Assembly: GCA_030765505.1 (NCBI GenBank)
Contig: JAVCCL010000008.1
Location: 1-59,676, forward strand
DNA length: 59,676 bases
Reading direction: 5' to 3'
Source of the DNA: Candidatus Kaelpia imicola
GTDB lineage: Bacteria > Omnitrophota > Gorgyraeia > Kaelpiales > Kaelpiaceae
The number at the start of each line of letters is the position of its first letter. The first letter of the stretch is position 1. The notes beneath the pieces are model-generated. The model did no database searches, was not told the DNA's origin, and worked only from the letters and a program-made list of their open reading frames with translations. The position numbers were made by a program, and so were the translations under genes. This document shows, piece by piece, positions 29,707 to 40,230 of this stretch.

Positions 29707-31134
29707 CTAAGATTTAGATAACTCTCTCTTCTCTTTGATTATATCACGAAAGGCTAAAATAGACAGAACAAAGATAAGATAGATAAAGATAACTCCTATT
29801 ATGCTTATCCGAGGCATATCTAAAGATGCAAAAGGAAGAGCGGCCAGATTATCCAAAACCTTAAAGAGATAATAGAATATTGGAAAACCGCTCTGGGCCA
29901 CAACCTGCGAGAGAGAAGGAATCAGAGGGTACAACATAAGCACAAAAAAAGCTGAGCTTATAAGGTAAGAGAATATAGTAATGAAAGCAGTATTTACAAA
30001 GAGTGCAATTAAGGAGATTCTGCTGAAGTAATACCAGATAAGAGGAAGGACAAATATATAGGCCCCGAAAGTAACCTTCAGATAACCAAGCAGCTTTCCT
30101 TTAAACCCCGGCCTCAATTGATCATTAAAAGCATGGAGTAGAGTAAAAATACCTGACATGGCAGCAAATGAGAGCTGAAAGCTAAGACCGAATAACGCCT
30201 GAGGCTGAAAGAGAAGCATTATAAAGGCAGCTGACATCAGGAGATTGAAAGGGTTTACCCTATAACCTCGAAACCAGAAATAGAGATATATTAAAGCCAT
30301 AAGAGTAGCCCGCGTAACAGGAGGTCTGCATCCGCTTAAGAACATATAAGAGATAAGTATTACCGCCAAGAGAAGAATCTTAAGCCTTCCATAGATACCC
30401 AATAATCTAGTCAGAAAAGCAGAGAAGCATAACAATAATCCAACATGGAGGCCGCTTATTGCAAGGATATGCACAACGCCAATCTCTTGAAATATTTCAC
30501 GCAACCCTTTGATGCTACTGCCTACTTCACCCGCTACTGTTGCTTTTACAAAAGGTGCATACTCTTTAGGATAAAGCTCATCTATTGCCGTTAACGTATA
30601 CTTTTTAATCTTATAGATATACCTCTTGAATGAAAAATACTCTTTTAGCTTAACCACCTCATCCGTAAGAAGATAGCTATTGCCTCTGATACTTCTAAAG
30701 GCTCCGCTTAAGGATAGTAAGTCTCCAGGCTCTATTAAAGAACTGTAACTATAATAGACCGTTATAGGGATAGCAGCACTAACTTCCCTGCCGTCGATAC
30801 TCTCTATAGATAGAGTAAATCTCAACCTCTCGTCTCTCTTTAGAGGGATGGACTTAACAACTCCCTCCACTCTAACCTCTTCCAAGTATTTTAAACCAGA
30901 TAGAGAGTCTCTCTTTAACTCTTCTATCTCAATGCTGAGAGCTCCTAAGAGAATAAAGGCCGAAGATATAAGTAAGACAGAGACTCTTCTCCTGATAAAG
31001 AGAGACGAAACCAACAATGATAGAGCAGAAAGAATAAAGAGAGAATAAATATTTAAATTAAAAAATCGGGCAGCTGTAAGACCTGTGATATAACTTATTA
31101 AAACAAAAAACAGATTTAACGAAAAGGGAGGCAT
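29707..31134 (-). CDS. comEC: ComEC/Rec2-family DNA internalisation channel (no MBL domain)
   Basis: 475 aa and polytopic. Its HILAISGLHVG motif is typical of the competence domain. Confidence 0.82.
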   Translation of the reverse strand: MPPFSLNLFFVLISYITGLTAARFFNLNIYSLFILSALSLLVSSLFIRRRVSVLLISSAFILLGALSIEIEELKRDSLSGLKYLEEVRVEGVVKSIPLKRDERLRFTLSIESIDGREVSAAIPITVYYSYSSLIEPGDLLSLSGAFRSIRGNSYLLTDEVVKLKEYFSFKRYIYKIKKYTLTAIDELYPKEYAPFVKATVAGEVGSSIKGLREIFQEIGVVHILAISGLHVGLLLCFSAFLTRLLGIYGRLKILLLAVILISYMFLSGCRPPVTRATLMALIYLYFWFRGYRVNPFNLLMSAAFIMLLFQPQALFGLSFQLSFAAMSGIFTLLHAFNDQLRPGFKGKLLGYLKVTFGAYIFVLPLIWYYFSRISLIALFVNTAFITIFSYLISSAFFVLMLYPLIPSLSQVVAQSGFPIFYYLFKVLDNLAALPFASLDMPRISIIGVIFIYLIFVLSILAFRDIIKEKRELSKS

Positions 31135-31135
31135 C

Positions 31136-31471
31136 TTACAGTTTAAGATATGGTTTCATCTTCTTTAACTTCTTATCTCCTATCCCTTTGACATTTTTCA
31201 ACTCTTCAATGCTTCCGAATCCTCCATTATTATAGCGGTACTCTATTATTCTCTGAGCATAGCTCGGCCCTATGCCGGGAATATTAATAAGCTCGGCATA
31301 TGAAGCAGCATTTAGATCCAGAGGAAAGATTATCTCTGATTTAGCTCTCTCTGAGATTAGATTATATTTAAACTCTTCAATACCTACAAAAGAGACAAAA
31401 AGATAGATTAGAAAAGAGAATGCTAAAAAAAATAAAAGATATTTTCCCTCTTTACTTAAGTTGATTTTCAC
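31136..31471 (-). CDS. comEA: ComEA-type helix-hairpin-helix DNA-binding protein
   Basis: 111 aa with an N-terminal TM helix and LNAASYAELINIPGIGPSYAQRI...LKNVKGIG. Confidence 0.8.
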   Translation of the reverse strand: MKINLSKEGKYLLFFLAFSFLIYLFVSFVGIEEFKYNLISERAKSEIIFPLDLNAASYAELINIPGIGPSYAQRIIEYRYNNGGFGSIEELKNVKGIGDKKLKKMKPYLKL

Positions 31472-33924
31472 ACAATAATATTGATTATCTTTTTACCGAC
31501 TACAATAAACTTTTTTATCTCTTTATTCGCCAAACGCTCTTTTAACTTATCATCTTTAAGTGTGGCCTCTTTAATCTCATCTTCTCCGGCATCATTTGAA
31601 ATAGATATCTTAGCTCGCAGTTTACCGTTTACCTGAACAGGTATCTCTATGGTCTCCTGAACAAGTGCTGCCTCTTTATATTCAGGCCAGACAGCCTCTC
31701 TAATCAGCGGAGATTTCTCTCCCATCTCTTTCCATAACTCCTCGGTTATATGAGGCGCGAAAGGCGATAGCAAGATAATAAGTTTTTCAAGAACCTCAGC
31801 CAGAAGTTCTTTACTTATAGACCTGGCCGTGACATTCGACTGAGCCCGGTTTACCAGTTCCATAATAGAGCTTATTGCGGTATTAAATTTAAAACCGCCC
31901 TCCATATCCTCTGTTATCTTTTTGATTGTCAAATTCAATATTCTGTTAAGCTCTTTCTCTCTCTCTTTATTTAGATCAGAAGGACTATACTCGCCCAATC
32001 TCTGATATAGGCGCCAGAATCTGTTTAAGAATCTATACGCTCCCTCAACCCCCTTATCCGACCACTCAGCATCTTTCTCGGGCGGCCCAATAAAAAGAAT
32101 ATAAAGACGCATAGTATCCGCACCGTATTTTTCAATCAATCCGTCCGGAGCTACAACATTACCTTTGGACTTAGACATCTTGGCACCGTCTTTTACGATC
32201 ATACCCTGAGTAAAGAGCCTCTTAAAAGGCTCCTTGAAACCAATAAAACTTAGATCAAACAATACCTTAGTAATAAACCTGGCATATATAAGATGCATTG
32301 TAGCATGCTCTATACCGCCTATATACTGATCGACCGGAAGCCAGTAGTTAACCAACTCAGTATCAAAAGCTTTCTTTTTATCCCGGGGGCTTATATAACG
32401 CAAAAAATACCAGGATGAGTCAACGAAAGTATCCATCGTATCAACCTCACGCCTCCCCTCTCTTCCGCACTTAGGACACTCTGTCTTAACAAAATCAGAA
32501 CAGAGTTTTAAGGGCGACTCACCTGTAGGTTTAAACTCTACATCTTCAGGTAAGAGTACGGGCAAATCTTCCTCAGGTAGAGGCACTATCCCACATGAGT
32601 CACAATATACTATTGGAATAGCAGCTCCCCAGTAACGCTGCCGTGATATCAGCCAATCTCTTAACTTATATTGCACCTGCTGCCTTCCAACCCCTTTCTC
32701 CTCCATATATTCGGCAATCCTAACCTTTGCCTCATCTGAGGAAAGTCTGTTAAAATCAGAAGAGTTGACTAAAATCCCCTCATCTTCGTAAGCCTCATCC
32801 ATCTCGTCTAATTTAAGACTACTTTGAGGGTTATCAACGACTATACGCATAGGAAGATCATATTTTTTTGCAAACTCAAAATCTCTCTGGTCGTGAGCCG
32901 GAACCGCCATAACAGAACCTGTGCCATATTCCATCAAAACATAATTAGCGCAGAATATAGGAATCTTCTCATTAGTCATAGGGTTTATTGCATATTTACC
33001 AATAGCTATTCCTTCCTTCTCTAAATCTCCAATATCTTTCGATCTCCTTGCAGTCTTTTTTACCCTCTCTATAAAATCAACAACGTCATCACCAGCTTCA
33101 CCCCTTTTAATCCACTCCCCTATAAAGGGGTGTTCAGGAGCAAGCACTGCATAGGTCGCACCGAAGATGGTATCTACACGCGTCGTAAAACAGTTGAGCT
33201 TCTTATCTTCTCCGACTATAGGAAAATCTATCTCAACACCATCTGATTTACCGATCCAGTTTCTCTGCATTGTCTTAACTCTCTGCGGCCACTCCTCCAG
33301 TCCACCAAGATCGTCTAAGAGTCTCTCAACATAATCTGTGATCTTAAAAAACCATTGTTCCATCTCCCGCTTCTGAACCGGGGAATTACATCTTTCGCAG
33401 TTACCATCTAAGACCTGTTCATTTGCAAGCACAGTCTTACAAGAAGGGCAATAGTTAACAGCCGCTCTCTTTTTATAAGCCAGCCCTTTCTCGTAAAGCT
33501 TTAAGAATATCCATTGAGTCCACTTATAGTAATCAGGTTCGCAAGATGTAATCTCTCTCTCCCAATCATAACCTATGCCCCAGATTTTAAGCTGAGAGGT
33601 AATCCTCTCTATATTAGAGAGGGTCCACTCTTTAGGATGGATTTTATGTTTTATGGCCTGATTTTCAGCTGGAAGCCCGAACGCATCCCAGCCTATAGGT
33701 GCTAATACAGATAGACCCTGCATAGCCTTATATCGCCCAACAACATCACCTATTACATAGTTCCTGGCATGTCCTACGTGAAGTTCATTTGACGGGTAAG
33801 GAAACATAACCAGGCAATAATATTTTTCCTTACTCTTGCCTGCTGTATCTACATTGAATACTCTTTGATCCTGCCAATACTGCTGCCATCTCTCTTCAAA
33901 CTTCTGAGGCTGATAATCCTCCAT
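31468..33924 (-). CDS. leuS: Leucine--tRNA ligase
   Basis: 818 aa with HVGHARNY (HIGH) and KMSKSKGN. Confidence 0.95.
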   Translation of the reverse strand: MEDYQPQKFEERWQQYWQDQRVFNVDTAGKSKEKYYCLVMFPYPSNELHVGHARNYVIGDVVGRYKAMQGLSVLAPIGWDAFGLPAENQAIKHKIHPKEWTLSNIERITSQLKIWGIGYDWEREITSCEPDYYKWTQWIFLKLYEKGLAYKKRAAVNYCPSCKTVLANEQVLDGNCERCNSPVQKREMEQWFFKITDYVERLLDDLGGLEEWPQRVKTMQRNWIGKSDGVEIDFPIVGEDKKLNCFTTRVDTIFGATYAVLAPEHPFIGEWIKRGEAGDDVVDFIERVKKTARRSKDIGDLEKEGIAIGKYAINPMTNEKIPIFCANYVLMEYGTGSVMAVPAHDQRDFEFAKKYDLPMRIVVDNPQSSLKLDEMDEAYEDEGILVNSSDFNRLSSDEAKVRIAEYMEEKGVGRQQVQYKLRDWLISRQRYWGAAIPIVYCDSCGIVPLPEEDLPVLLPEDVEFKPTGESPLKLCSDFVKTECPKCGREGRREVDTMDTFVDSSWYFLRYISPRDKKKAFDTELVNYWLPVDQYIGGIEHATMHLIYARFITKVLFDLSFIGFKEPFKRLFTQGMIVKDGAKMSKSKGNVVAPDGLIEKYGADTMRLYILFIGPPEKDAEWSDKGVEGAYRFLNRFWRLYQRLGEYSPSDLNKEREKELNRILNLTIKKITEDMEGGFKFNTAISSIMELVNRAQSNVTARSISKELLAEVLEKLIILLSPFAPHITEELWKEMGEKSPLIREAVWPEYKEAALVQETIEIPVQVNGKLRAKISISNDAGEDEIKEATLKDDKLKERLANKEIKKFIVVGKKIINIIV

Positions 33925-33979
33925 TAAATTCTCCCTTCTCTTGATGCCAGCGTATAGATTTCAGAGAAATCTGCAGGCA

Positions 33980-34819
33980 TTACCTTCCTTTCTTTTTCAG
34001 ATATTTTACCCTATTTAAGTTTTTGATGTCATCTTTTTCTTTATCCTTAGGTGTCTCAAGTATAATCGGCAGCTCCCTAAACTTAGGGTGATTGATAAAA
34101 TTACTAATGCCTTTACTCTTAATAAAACCTTCGCCTATATGCGCGTGACGGTCTCTCTTAGAACAACAGGGAGCATTAGAATCATTTAGATGCAATAGCT
34201 TAACACTATCTATTCCGACCTTTCTATCAAACTCTTTTAAGAAATTATTCAGTTCTCTGCTATTACTTAAATTTACTCCTGAGGCAAAAAGATGGGCGCT
34301 ATCAAGGCATATTCCAAGCTTCTTCTTATTTCCCCTTAAGATAGACTTAAAATCATCTATCTCCCAGCCCAGTTTACTGCCTTCCCCGGCTGTATTTTCA
34401 AGCAATATCAAAGGCTTAAAATCAAGCCTTTTAAAAATAGCAGCCAAAGATTTCCGCATAATATTTAAACCTTTCACCCTATCCGGATTTGAACCAAAAT
34501 GTAAAACATAATATTCGGCAACTATCTGAGATGAAAGCCTGAGATCCTCTATTATTGCAGAGATTGATCTATCTCTTACTCTTCTATCTGAAGATGCAAT
34601 ATTTAAAAGGTAGCTTCCGTGTATAACTATCGGGACTATGCCGTACTCTTTACGCTTTTCGATGAACTCCTTAACCTCATTCGGATCCAATATCTTTTTA
34701 GCATAACCTCTGGGATTACGGATAAATATCTGCATCGCACCGGAGTCGAGACTTCTGGCTTGATCTAAAGCCTTAAGAAGACCTTTTGATATTGAGAGAT
34801 GAACTCCTATGGTTAGCAT
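33980..34819 (-). CDS. nfo: Deoxyribonuclease IV (endonuclease IV)
   Basis: 279 aa with a TIM-barrel AP endonuclease pattern (IHGSYLLN, LENTAG, CLDSAH, HLND). Confidence 0.9.
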   Translation of the reverse strand: MLTIGVHLSISKGLLKALDQARSLDSGAMQIFIRNPRGYAKKILDPNEVKEFIEKRKEYGIVPIVIHGSYLLNIASSDRRVRDRSISAIIEDLRLSSQIVAEYYVLHFGSNPDRVKGLNIMRKSLAAIFKRLDFKPLILLENTAGEGSKLGWEIDDFKSILRGNKKKLGICLDSAHLFASGVNLSNSRELNNFLKEFDRKVGIDSVKLLHLNDSNAPCCSKRDRHAHIGEGFIKSKGISNFINHPKFRELPIILETPKDKEKDDIKNLNRVKYLKKKGR

Positions 34820-34828
34820 TGGAAAGGG

Positions 34829-35437
34829 TTACTGATTTCTAGAGTAGGTTGCCTTTAAAACTTCCTGAGTTAAAATCATATCCAAAATCTTTCTTAAATC
34901 TCTTACATTCTGATACTTCTGTTCTAAGCCTAAAAAGATATTCTTCATCTTCGGAGGCCTTTTAGATAGATCCTTATATGCTATGGAAGATATCTTTATT
35001 CTTAAATCTTTAACTATATACCTATTCTGGTTCTTCTTTTTCGGAAATGTTCTCTTCTTCCTAATTTTAACTAAGTTTACACCCTCTTTTTTCTGTTTAA
35101 CTATATATATCTTATCGATATCGATAAAAAACTTATTTATCTTAAAATCTCCTCTAATAAAAGATAGGGGTTCAAATTCAAATTCAGCCAGATCTATCTT
35201 TATAAATCTCTTCTCTCTGAAATCTTTAGGATTTAACAGCATCACCCCGCCTAAACGGATATAGCCTTTATGAATTTTGGAGTCGACATGCTCTATACTT
35301 ATTCTGGCATTACTCTTAATGCGAACCGCTGCATTCAAAGCAGCCTTAACAAAAGTATTCTGAAAAAAGAATATTAAGATCCCAAGAATCAGAACAGCCA
35401 AAACCAACTTTTTGATGACCCAGGTTATCAGCCCCAT
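34829..35437 (-). CDS. Hypothetical membrane-anchored protein
   Basis: 202 aa with an N-terminal TM helix. I recognise no motif. Confidence 0.5.
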   Translation of the reverse strand: MGLITWVIKKLVLAVLILGILIFFFQNTFVKAALNAAVRIKSNARISIEHVDSKIHKGYIRLGGVMLLNPKDFREKRFIKIDLAEFEFEPLSFIRGDFKINKFFIDIDKIYIVKQKKEGVNLVKIRKKRTFPKKKNQNRYIVKDLRIKISSIAYKDLSKRPPKMKNIFLGLEQKYQNVRDLRKILDMILTQEVLKATYSRNQ

Positions 35438-35452
35438 AATTTAAAGAGGTAA

Positions 35453-37249
35453 TCAAACATCCTGATATTGGTATTTATAATATTTACAATATAACCCGCC
35501 CTTCTGAATCAGCTCATCATGTTTTCCCTCTTCCGCTATCCGGCCATCCTCTATAACTATTATCCTATCAGCCCTTCTTGCAGTTGAGATACGGTGAGCT
35601 ATCAAAAATACAGTCCTACCCTCTATCAGTCTCTGTATAGCCTCCTGAACCTTAAGCTCTGACGCTGCATCAAGCTGGGCTGTTGCTTCATCCATTATAA
35701 GAATAGGAGGGTCCCTCAGAATAGCCCTGGCTATTGCAAGCCGCTGCTTCTCACCGCCTGACAGCTTAGCACCGCGCTCACCTGCCGCTGCATCATACTT
35801 CCGGGGAATCTTTTGAATAAAACCATCTGCGTTTGCCACAACCGCAGCTTTTTTTATTTCGTCCAAACTTTTATTTTTAACACCGTAGGAGATATTGTTT
35901 GCGATTGTATCGTTAAATATAACAGGCTCTTGGGTAACCAGCCCGATATGCTTTCTAAGCGAATCTATTCCTACACCCTTTATGTCAACACCGTCTATTA
36001 AAACAGCTCCTTCACTTGGATCGTAGAACCTGAGCAGCAGGTTTACAAGGGTTGACTTACCGACACCGCTTGGTCCAACAAGACATACAACCTCGCCCAT
36101 CTTAACCTTAAGATCTATACCCTTTAAAACCTCTCCTCCCCCTTCATAACTAAAGCGCACAGCTTTATATTCAACCCCTTCTTTTGGCATATCAAGAATT
36201 GAGGCATTTGGAACTTCGCAAATAGACGACTCCTGATTTAATAATTCAAATATTCTCTCTCCAGCTGCAAGCGCAACTTGGTTGAAATTATATACCTTGA
36301 TAAGACGCTTTACCGGTTTCATCAGCGCTGCCATCCCTGCCAAAAACAACATGAATATACCAAAAGACATCTCCCCCGCTATAACCTCTCTTCCACCTAC
36401 GATAAGAACCACAACACCTGCAAAAGCAGCTACAATCTCTGATGCCGGATTTATCACAAGGGTTCTACGCATCGTCTTAAGCATGAGCTTGTAGAAATCC
36501 TGGTTCAGCAGTTTAAACCTCAATATCTCTTTACCTTCCATGGAGAATGCTTTGACTATATTCATCGCGGTAAAAGTCTCCTGCATCCTGGAGTTTAGAT
36601 CACCCATCTTAGCCTGAGCCTGCTTGGATATCTTACGCAATCTCTTACCAATCTTTATAAGCGGAAAGCCAACTATCGGCATAACAACAAGAACTATCAA
36701 AGCTAGTTTGAAATGTATAACCAGAACGATGCTTAAAAATAACAACAACTGAAAAGTATAATATATGCCTTCGGCCAAACCTTCGGTAAGAACGTGACGC
36801 ATCACATAGACATCATATGTCATCCTGGATATTAAATCACCAACTCTACTTTTAGAGAAGAAATCCATAGACATATACTGAATCTTCTCAAATATCTTTG
36901 CCCTGATATCTCTTATAACCCTCTGTCCTGCAATCTCCATCAAAACAGACTGAAAATAAAAAGTGATACCTTTAAAGCATATAAGAACCAACAACGTCAT
37001 AGCTAATACAGTAAGTAGTCTCATCTGCGGCATACTATTAGCTTTGGCTATCAACTGATTTATAAAATCGGGAATATTGTCCTGCGGTAAAACTATCGGT
37101 TTATCTGTTAAAACTTTATCAGCTAAAGGAGCAAGCATACTTAAAGATGCTCCGTCTGTTAAGGTAGAGATAATCATAAATATAACAGCGCATGCAATCA
37201 CCCCTAAGTAAGGTTTGGCCATCTTTAAGATACTAAAATAGAGTTTCAT
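35453..37249 (-). CDS. ABC exporter, fused permease/ATPase (MsbA-like)
   Basis: 598 aa with six TM helices. It has GPSGVGKST, LSGGEKQR and ILIMDEATA. Confidence 0.88.
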   Translation of the reverse strand: MKLYFSILKMAKPYLGVIACAVIFMIISTLTDGASLSMLAPLADKVLTDKPIVLPQDNIPDFINQLIAKANSMPQMRLLTVLAMTLLVLICFKGITFYFQSVLMEIAGQRVIRDIRAKIFEKIQYMSMDFFSKSRVGDLISRMTYDVYVMRHVLTEGLAEGIYYTFQLLLFLSIVLVIHFKLALIVLVVMPIVGFPLIKIGKRLRKISKQAQAKMGDLNSRMQETFTAMNIVKAFSMEGKEILRFKLLNQDFYKLMLKTMRRTLVINPASEIVAAFAGVVVLIVGGREVIAGEMSFGIFMLFLAGMAALMKPVKRLIKVYNFNQVALAAGERIFELLNQESSICEVPNASILDMPKEGVEYKAVRFSYEGGGEVLKGIDLKVKMGEVVCLVGPSGVGKSTLVNLLLRFYDPSEGAVLIDGVDIKGVGIDSLRKHIGLVTQEPVIFNDTIANNISYGVKNKSLDEIKKAAVVANADGFIQKIPRKYDAAAGERGAKLSGGEKQRLAIARAILRDPPILIMDEATAQLDAASELKVQEAIQRLIEGRTVFLIAHRISTARRADRIIVIEDGRIAEEGKHDELIQKGGLYCKYYKYQYQDV

Positions 37250-37268
37250 AGTTTATGATTATAGCATA

Positions 37269-38510
37269 TTATTTAGAGATTTCCCGATAAATCCTCTCTC
37301 TGACTGAGAGATTAACCCGGGCTCTTATATAGACTCCGCCTCTCTTTTTCTTTATACCGATTATACTATCCTTAGCGATAAGATCTAGTACCTTAAGCTT
37401 GTCATCAGGCACAAAGAGGTTTAAAAAAGATTCGTATAGTGAAAGCTCGCTCTCTATATTTTTAAGAAGCAGTCCTACTCCTTCACCGTTTAAAGCAGAT
37501 ATCGGAATAGAGCCGGGATACCTCAAACTTAGGCTTGCATTATCTATACTGGGCAGTTTATCTATTTTATTCAAAACTGTTAAAATATTCTTATCCTTAA
37601 TACCGAGCTGATCTAAAACCTTATAAACAGATGCTCTTCTTTTAACAGCAAGCGGATTTGACAGATCGATTAGATGGAGAATCAAATCAGCCTCGGCTAT
37701 CTCTTCAAACGTTGCTCTAAACGCATCAATCAGGTGATGCGGCAGATCGTTTAAGAAACCTACGGTATCTGAAAACACTACCCTGCTCTTACCTGAAAGA
37801 GTAGCAGCACGTGAGACAGGATCAAGCGTCGTAAACATACTATCGGATGAGATCTGCTTTGATTTCGTCAAAAGATTGAGAAGCGTAGTCTTACCTGCAT
37901 TTGTATAGCCAATCAATACTATCGAAGAAACTTCATTTCTAGCTCTCCTTTTACGTAAAGAGAGGCGCCTCTTCTTTACCTCTTTTAACTCTCTGTTTAG
38001 ATGTTCTATTCTTCTTCTTATCCTGCGCCTATCAACCTCAAGCTTCTTCTCACCCGGACCTCTGGTCCCAATACCAGCCCCTAAACGGGAGAGCATAATA
38101 CCTTTACCGCGAAGGCGCGGCAAGAGATAACCAAGTTGAGCCAGTTCAACCTGAAGCTTACCTTCAGAGCTTCTGGCATGGCGTGAGAAGACATCCAATA
38201 TAAGCTGGGTTCTGTCTATCGTCTTAACACCTGTCTCATCTTCTATATTTTGCTGTTGAGCTGCTGATAGATCCTGAGAAAAGATTATAACGTCAGAGCC
38301 CAGCTCTCTGGCACTGTAAGCTATGTTTCCAACCTTGCCCTGACCTATAAAATAATGCGGGCCTACTCTCTTTATGCTGCAAAAATCCTCACCCCCGATG
38401 CTGCAGCCTGTAGATAGAATAAGCTCTTTCATCTCTGCTGCTCTCTCTTTTGGAGTCCAGGAGCCTCTATCTCTCCGGTCAACATTTACTATATACGCAC
38501 TCTCTTTCAT
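37269..38510 (-). CDS. hflX: GTPase HflX
   Basis: 413 aa with an HflX N-domain and GYTNAGKTTL, DTVGF and NKID. Confidence 0.9.
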   Translation of the reverse strand: MKESAYIVNVDRRDRGSWTPKERAAEMKELILSTGCSIGGEDFCSIKRVGPHYFIGQGKVGNIAYSARELGSDVIIFSQDLSAAQQQNIEDETGVKTIDRTQLILDVFSRHARSSEGKLQVELAQLGYLLPRLRGKGIMLSRLGAGIGTRGPGEKKLEVDRRRIRRRIEHLNRELKEVKKRRLSLRKRRARNEVSSIVLIGYTNAGKTTLLNLLTKSKQISSDSMFTTLDPVSRAATLSGKSRVVFSDTVGFLNDLPHHLIDAFRATFEEIAEADLILHLIDLSNPLAVKRRASVYKVLDQLGIKDKNILTVLNKIDKLPSIDNASLSLRYPGSIPISALNGEGVGLLLKNIESELSLYESFLNLFVPDDKLKVLDLIAKDSIIGIKKKRGGVYIRARVNLSVRERIYREISK

Positions 38511-39433
38511 CTCTTCCCTAAATTATTGAAAATAGATTCAGCAATGCCGGCTTTTGATTCAAAATTATAACCATAGAACCACTCTATACGATGATCTCTC
38601 TTTAACCAGGATAGCTGCCTCTTTGCAAGACGGCGGGTATTACGCTTGATAAGCCTTATAGCTTCTTCTAAACCATACTCTCCCTTAAGATATCTAATTA
38701 TCTCCTTATAACCTACTCCCTGATAAGCTGTTAGGCTCATACTACCCATCAAAGACTCAGCCTCAGAGACCAAGCCTCCAGAGACCATATTATCGACTCT
38801 TTTGTCGATATTGGCATATATCTTTGACCTCTTATCAGATAATGCATAGATCTTTAAATCGTACTTTGATGAGATCCCCTCTCTCTCTGTTTTTAACTCT
38901 GATATCCTCTCTCCGGTTAAATAATATACCTCAAGAGCACGGACTATCCTTCTTAAATCATTCCGGTGAATCCTATCCGCTGCCTCAGGGTCAAGCTCTT
39001 TAAGTTCAGCATAGAGCTTCTCCAACCCCTCATCTTCCGACCTCTTCACGAGCCTGCCTCTCATCTCATTGCTACGGGAGGGCCCTTTAAAGATACCGTC
39101 TAAAAGCGCGTATAGATACATAATAGAACCGCCGACAAGGAGAGGGATATTACCTCTGGATACGATATGAGCTATAACCTCCGATGCTCTACTTACATAC
39201 TCTGCAACGTCAAAATTCTGGCCATAATCAACTATATCTATCATATGGTGGGGAATTTTAGCCCGAATATCTCTACCGGGTTTCGATGTTCCAATATCCA
39301 TACCTTTATAGATTGCCATAGAGTCAATAGAGACCAGCTCTGTTCTGCCAATCAACTTAAAAAGTTCTATTGAGACCTCTGTCTTTCCTACGCCGGTAGG
39401 ACCTGTCAATACAATAACTAAATTTCTATCCAT
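38507..39433 (-). CDS. miaA: tRNA dimethylallyltransferase
   Basis: 308 aa with GPTGVGKT, DSMAIYKGMDIGT and HHMID. Confidence 0.92.
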   Translation of the reverse strand: MDRNLVIVLTGPTGVGKTEVSIELFKLIGRTELVSIDSMAIYKGMDIGTSKPGRDIRAKIPHHMIDIVDYGQNFDVAEYVSRASEVIAHIVSRGNIPLLVGGSIMYLYALLDGIFKGPSRSNEMRGRLVKRSEDEGLEKLYAELKELDPEAADRIHRNDLRRIVRALEVYYLTGERISELKTEREGISSKYDLKIYALSDKRSKIYANIDKRVDNMVSGGLVSEAESLMGSMSLTAYQGVGYKEIIRYLKGEYGLEEAIRLIKRNTRRLAKRQLSWLKRDHRIEWFYGYNFESKAGIAESIFNNLGKR

Positions 39434-39468
39434 AGGTTTTAATGCTTTTTAAAGTAACGAAAGACTCA

Positions 39469-40230
39469 TTAGGGGTAGATTATACCGCTATATCCTAAGG
39501 AGATAAGCTTCTTAAACTGAGATTCGACCTGGCTTCTGCTATCGAACTTACCCACGCGAACTCTATAGTAAAGCCTACCTTTATGGACTATCTTTTTAAC
39601 ATAGGTATTAAACTTTTTAAGAGCTGCTCTTTTTGAGAGATTATAAGCATTGTCGTAGTTCAAAAAAGAGCCTATCTGAATCGTAAAATAGAACTCATCC
39701 TCATTTAATATTCTACGGGCATAACTGCAAGAGAGAGAGCTGGGGTAACGCTTGATCAAAAGATTAAAGCTCTCTCTGGCCTCCTCCCAACGCCCCTGCT
39801 TTCTGAGGCACAAGCCATACTTATACATCGCATCGGATATTATCTCACTTCTGGGGAACCTCTCCATGAAGGTGTTGTAGAGAATATCAGCATCATCAAA
39901 CTTACCGCTTAAAAAGAATGTGTCGGCCTGCCCCAAAAATGCATATTCGCTCCATTTTCCGCCAAACTTCGAAAGCTTACCACAATAAATCCTGGCATCT
40001 TCAAAACGGGAACGCTTAATTAAAAGCAGGGATTTAAGATAGAGATATTCAGGAGAGGACTCTCCGCTCTTAAGATACCTATCGACTATGCGCTCTGATA
40101 TATTGTATCTCTCTTTAAGAAAATAGGCCCAGGCATCGTTAAAATCTTCGGCAGAAGAGAGAACGGTTAATAGATTAGACAATATGACAGCTGCAGAAAG
40201 AATACCGATTATTTTAAATCTCTTATTCAA
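39469..40230 (-). CDS. TPR-repeat + SPOR-domain protein
   Basis: 253 aa with a signal/anchor, TPR-like helices and a C-terminal SPOR domain (FTIQIGSF...YYRVRVGKF). Confidence 0.75.
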   Translation of the reverse strand: MNKRFKIIGILSAAVILSNLLTVLSSAEDFNDAWAYFLKERYNISERIVDRYLKSGESSPEYLYLKSLLLIKRSRFEDARIYCGKLSKFGGKWSEYAFLGQADTFFLSGKFDDADILYNTFMERFPRSEIISDAMYKYGLCLRKQGRWEEARESFNLLIKRYPSSLSCSYARRILNEDEFYFTIQIGSFLNYDNAYNLSKRAALKKFNTYVKKIVHKGRLYYRVRVGKFDSRSQVESQFKKLISLGYSGIIYP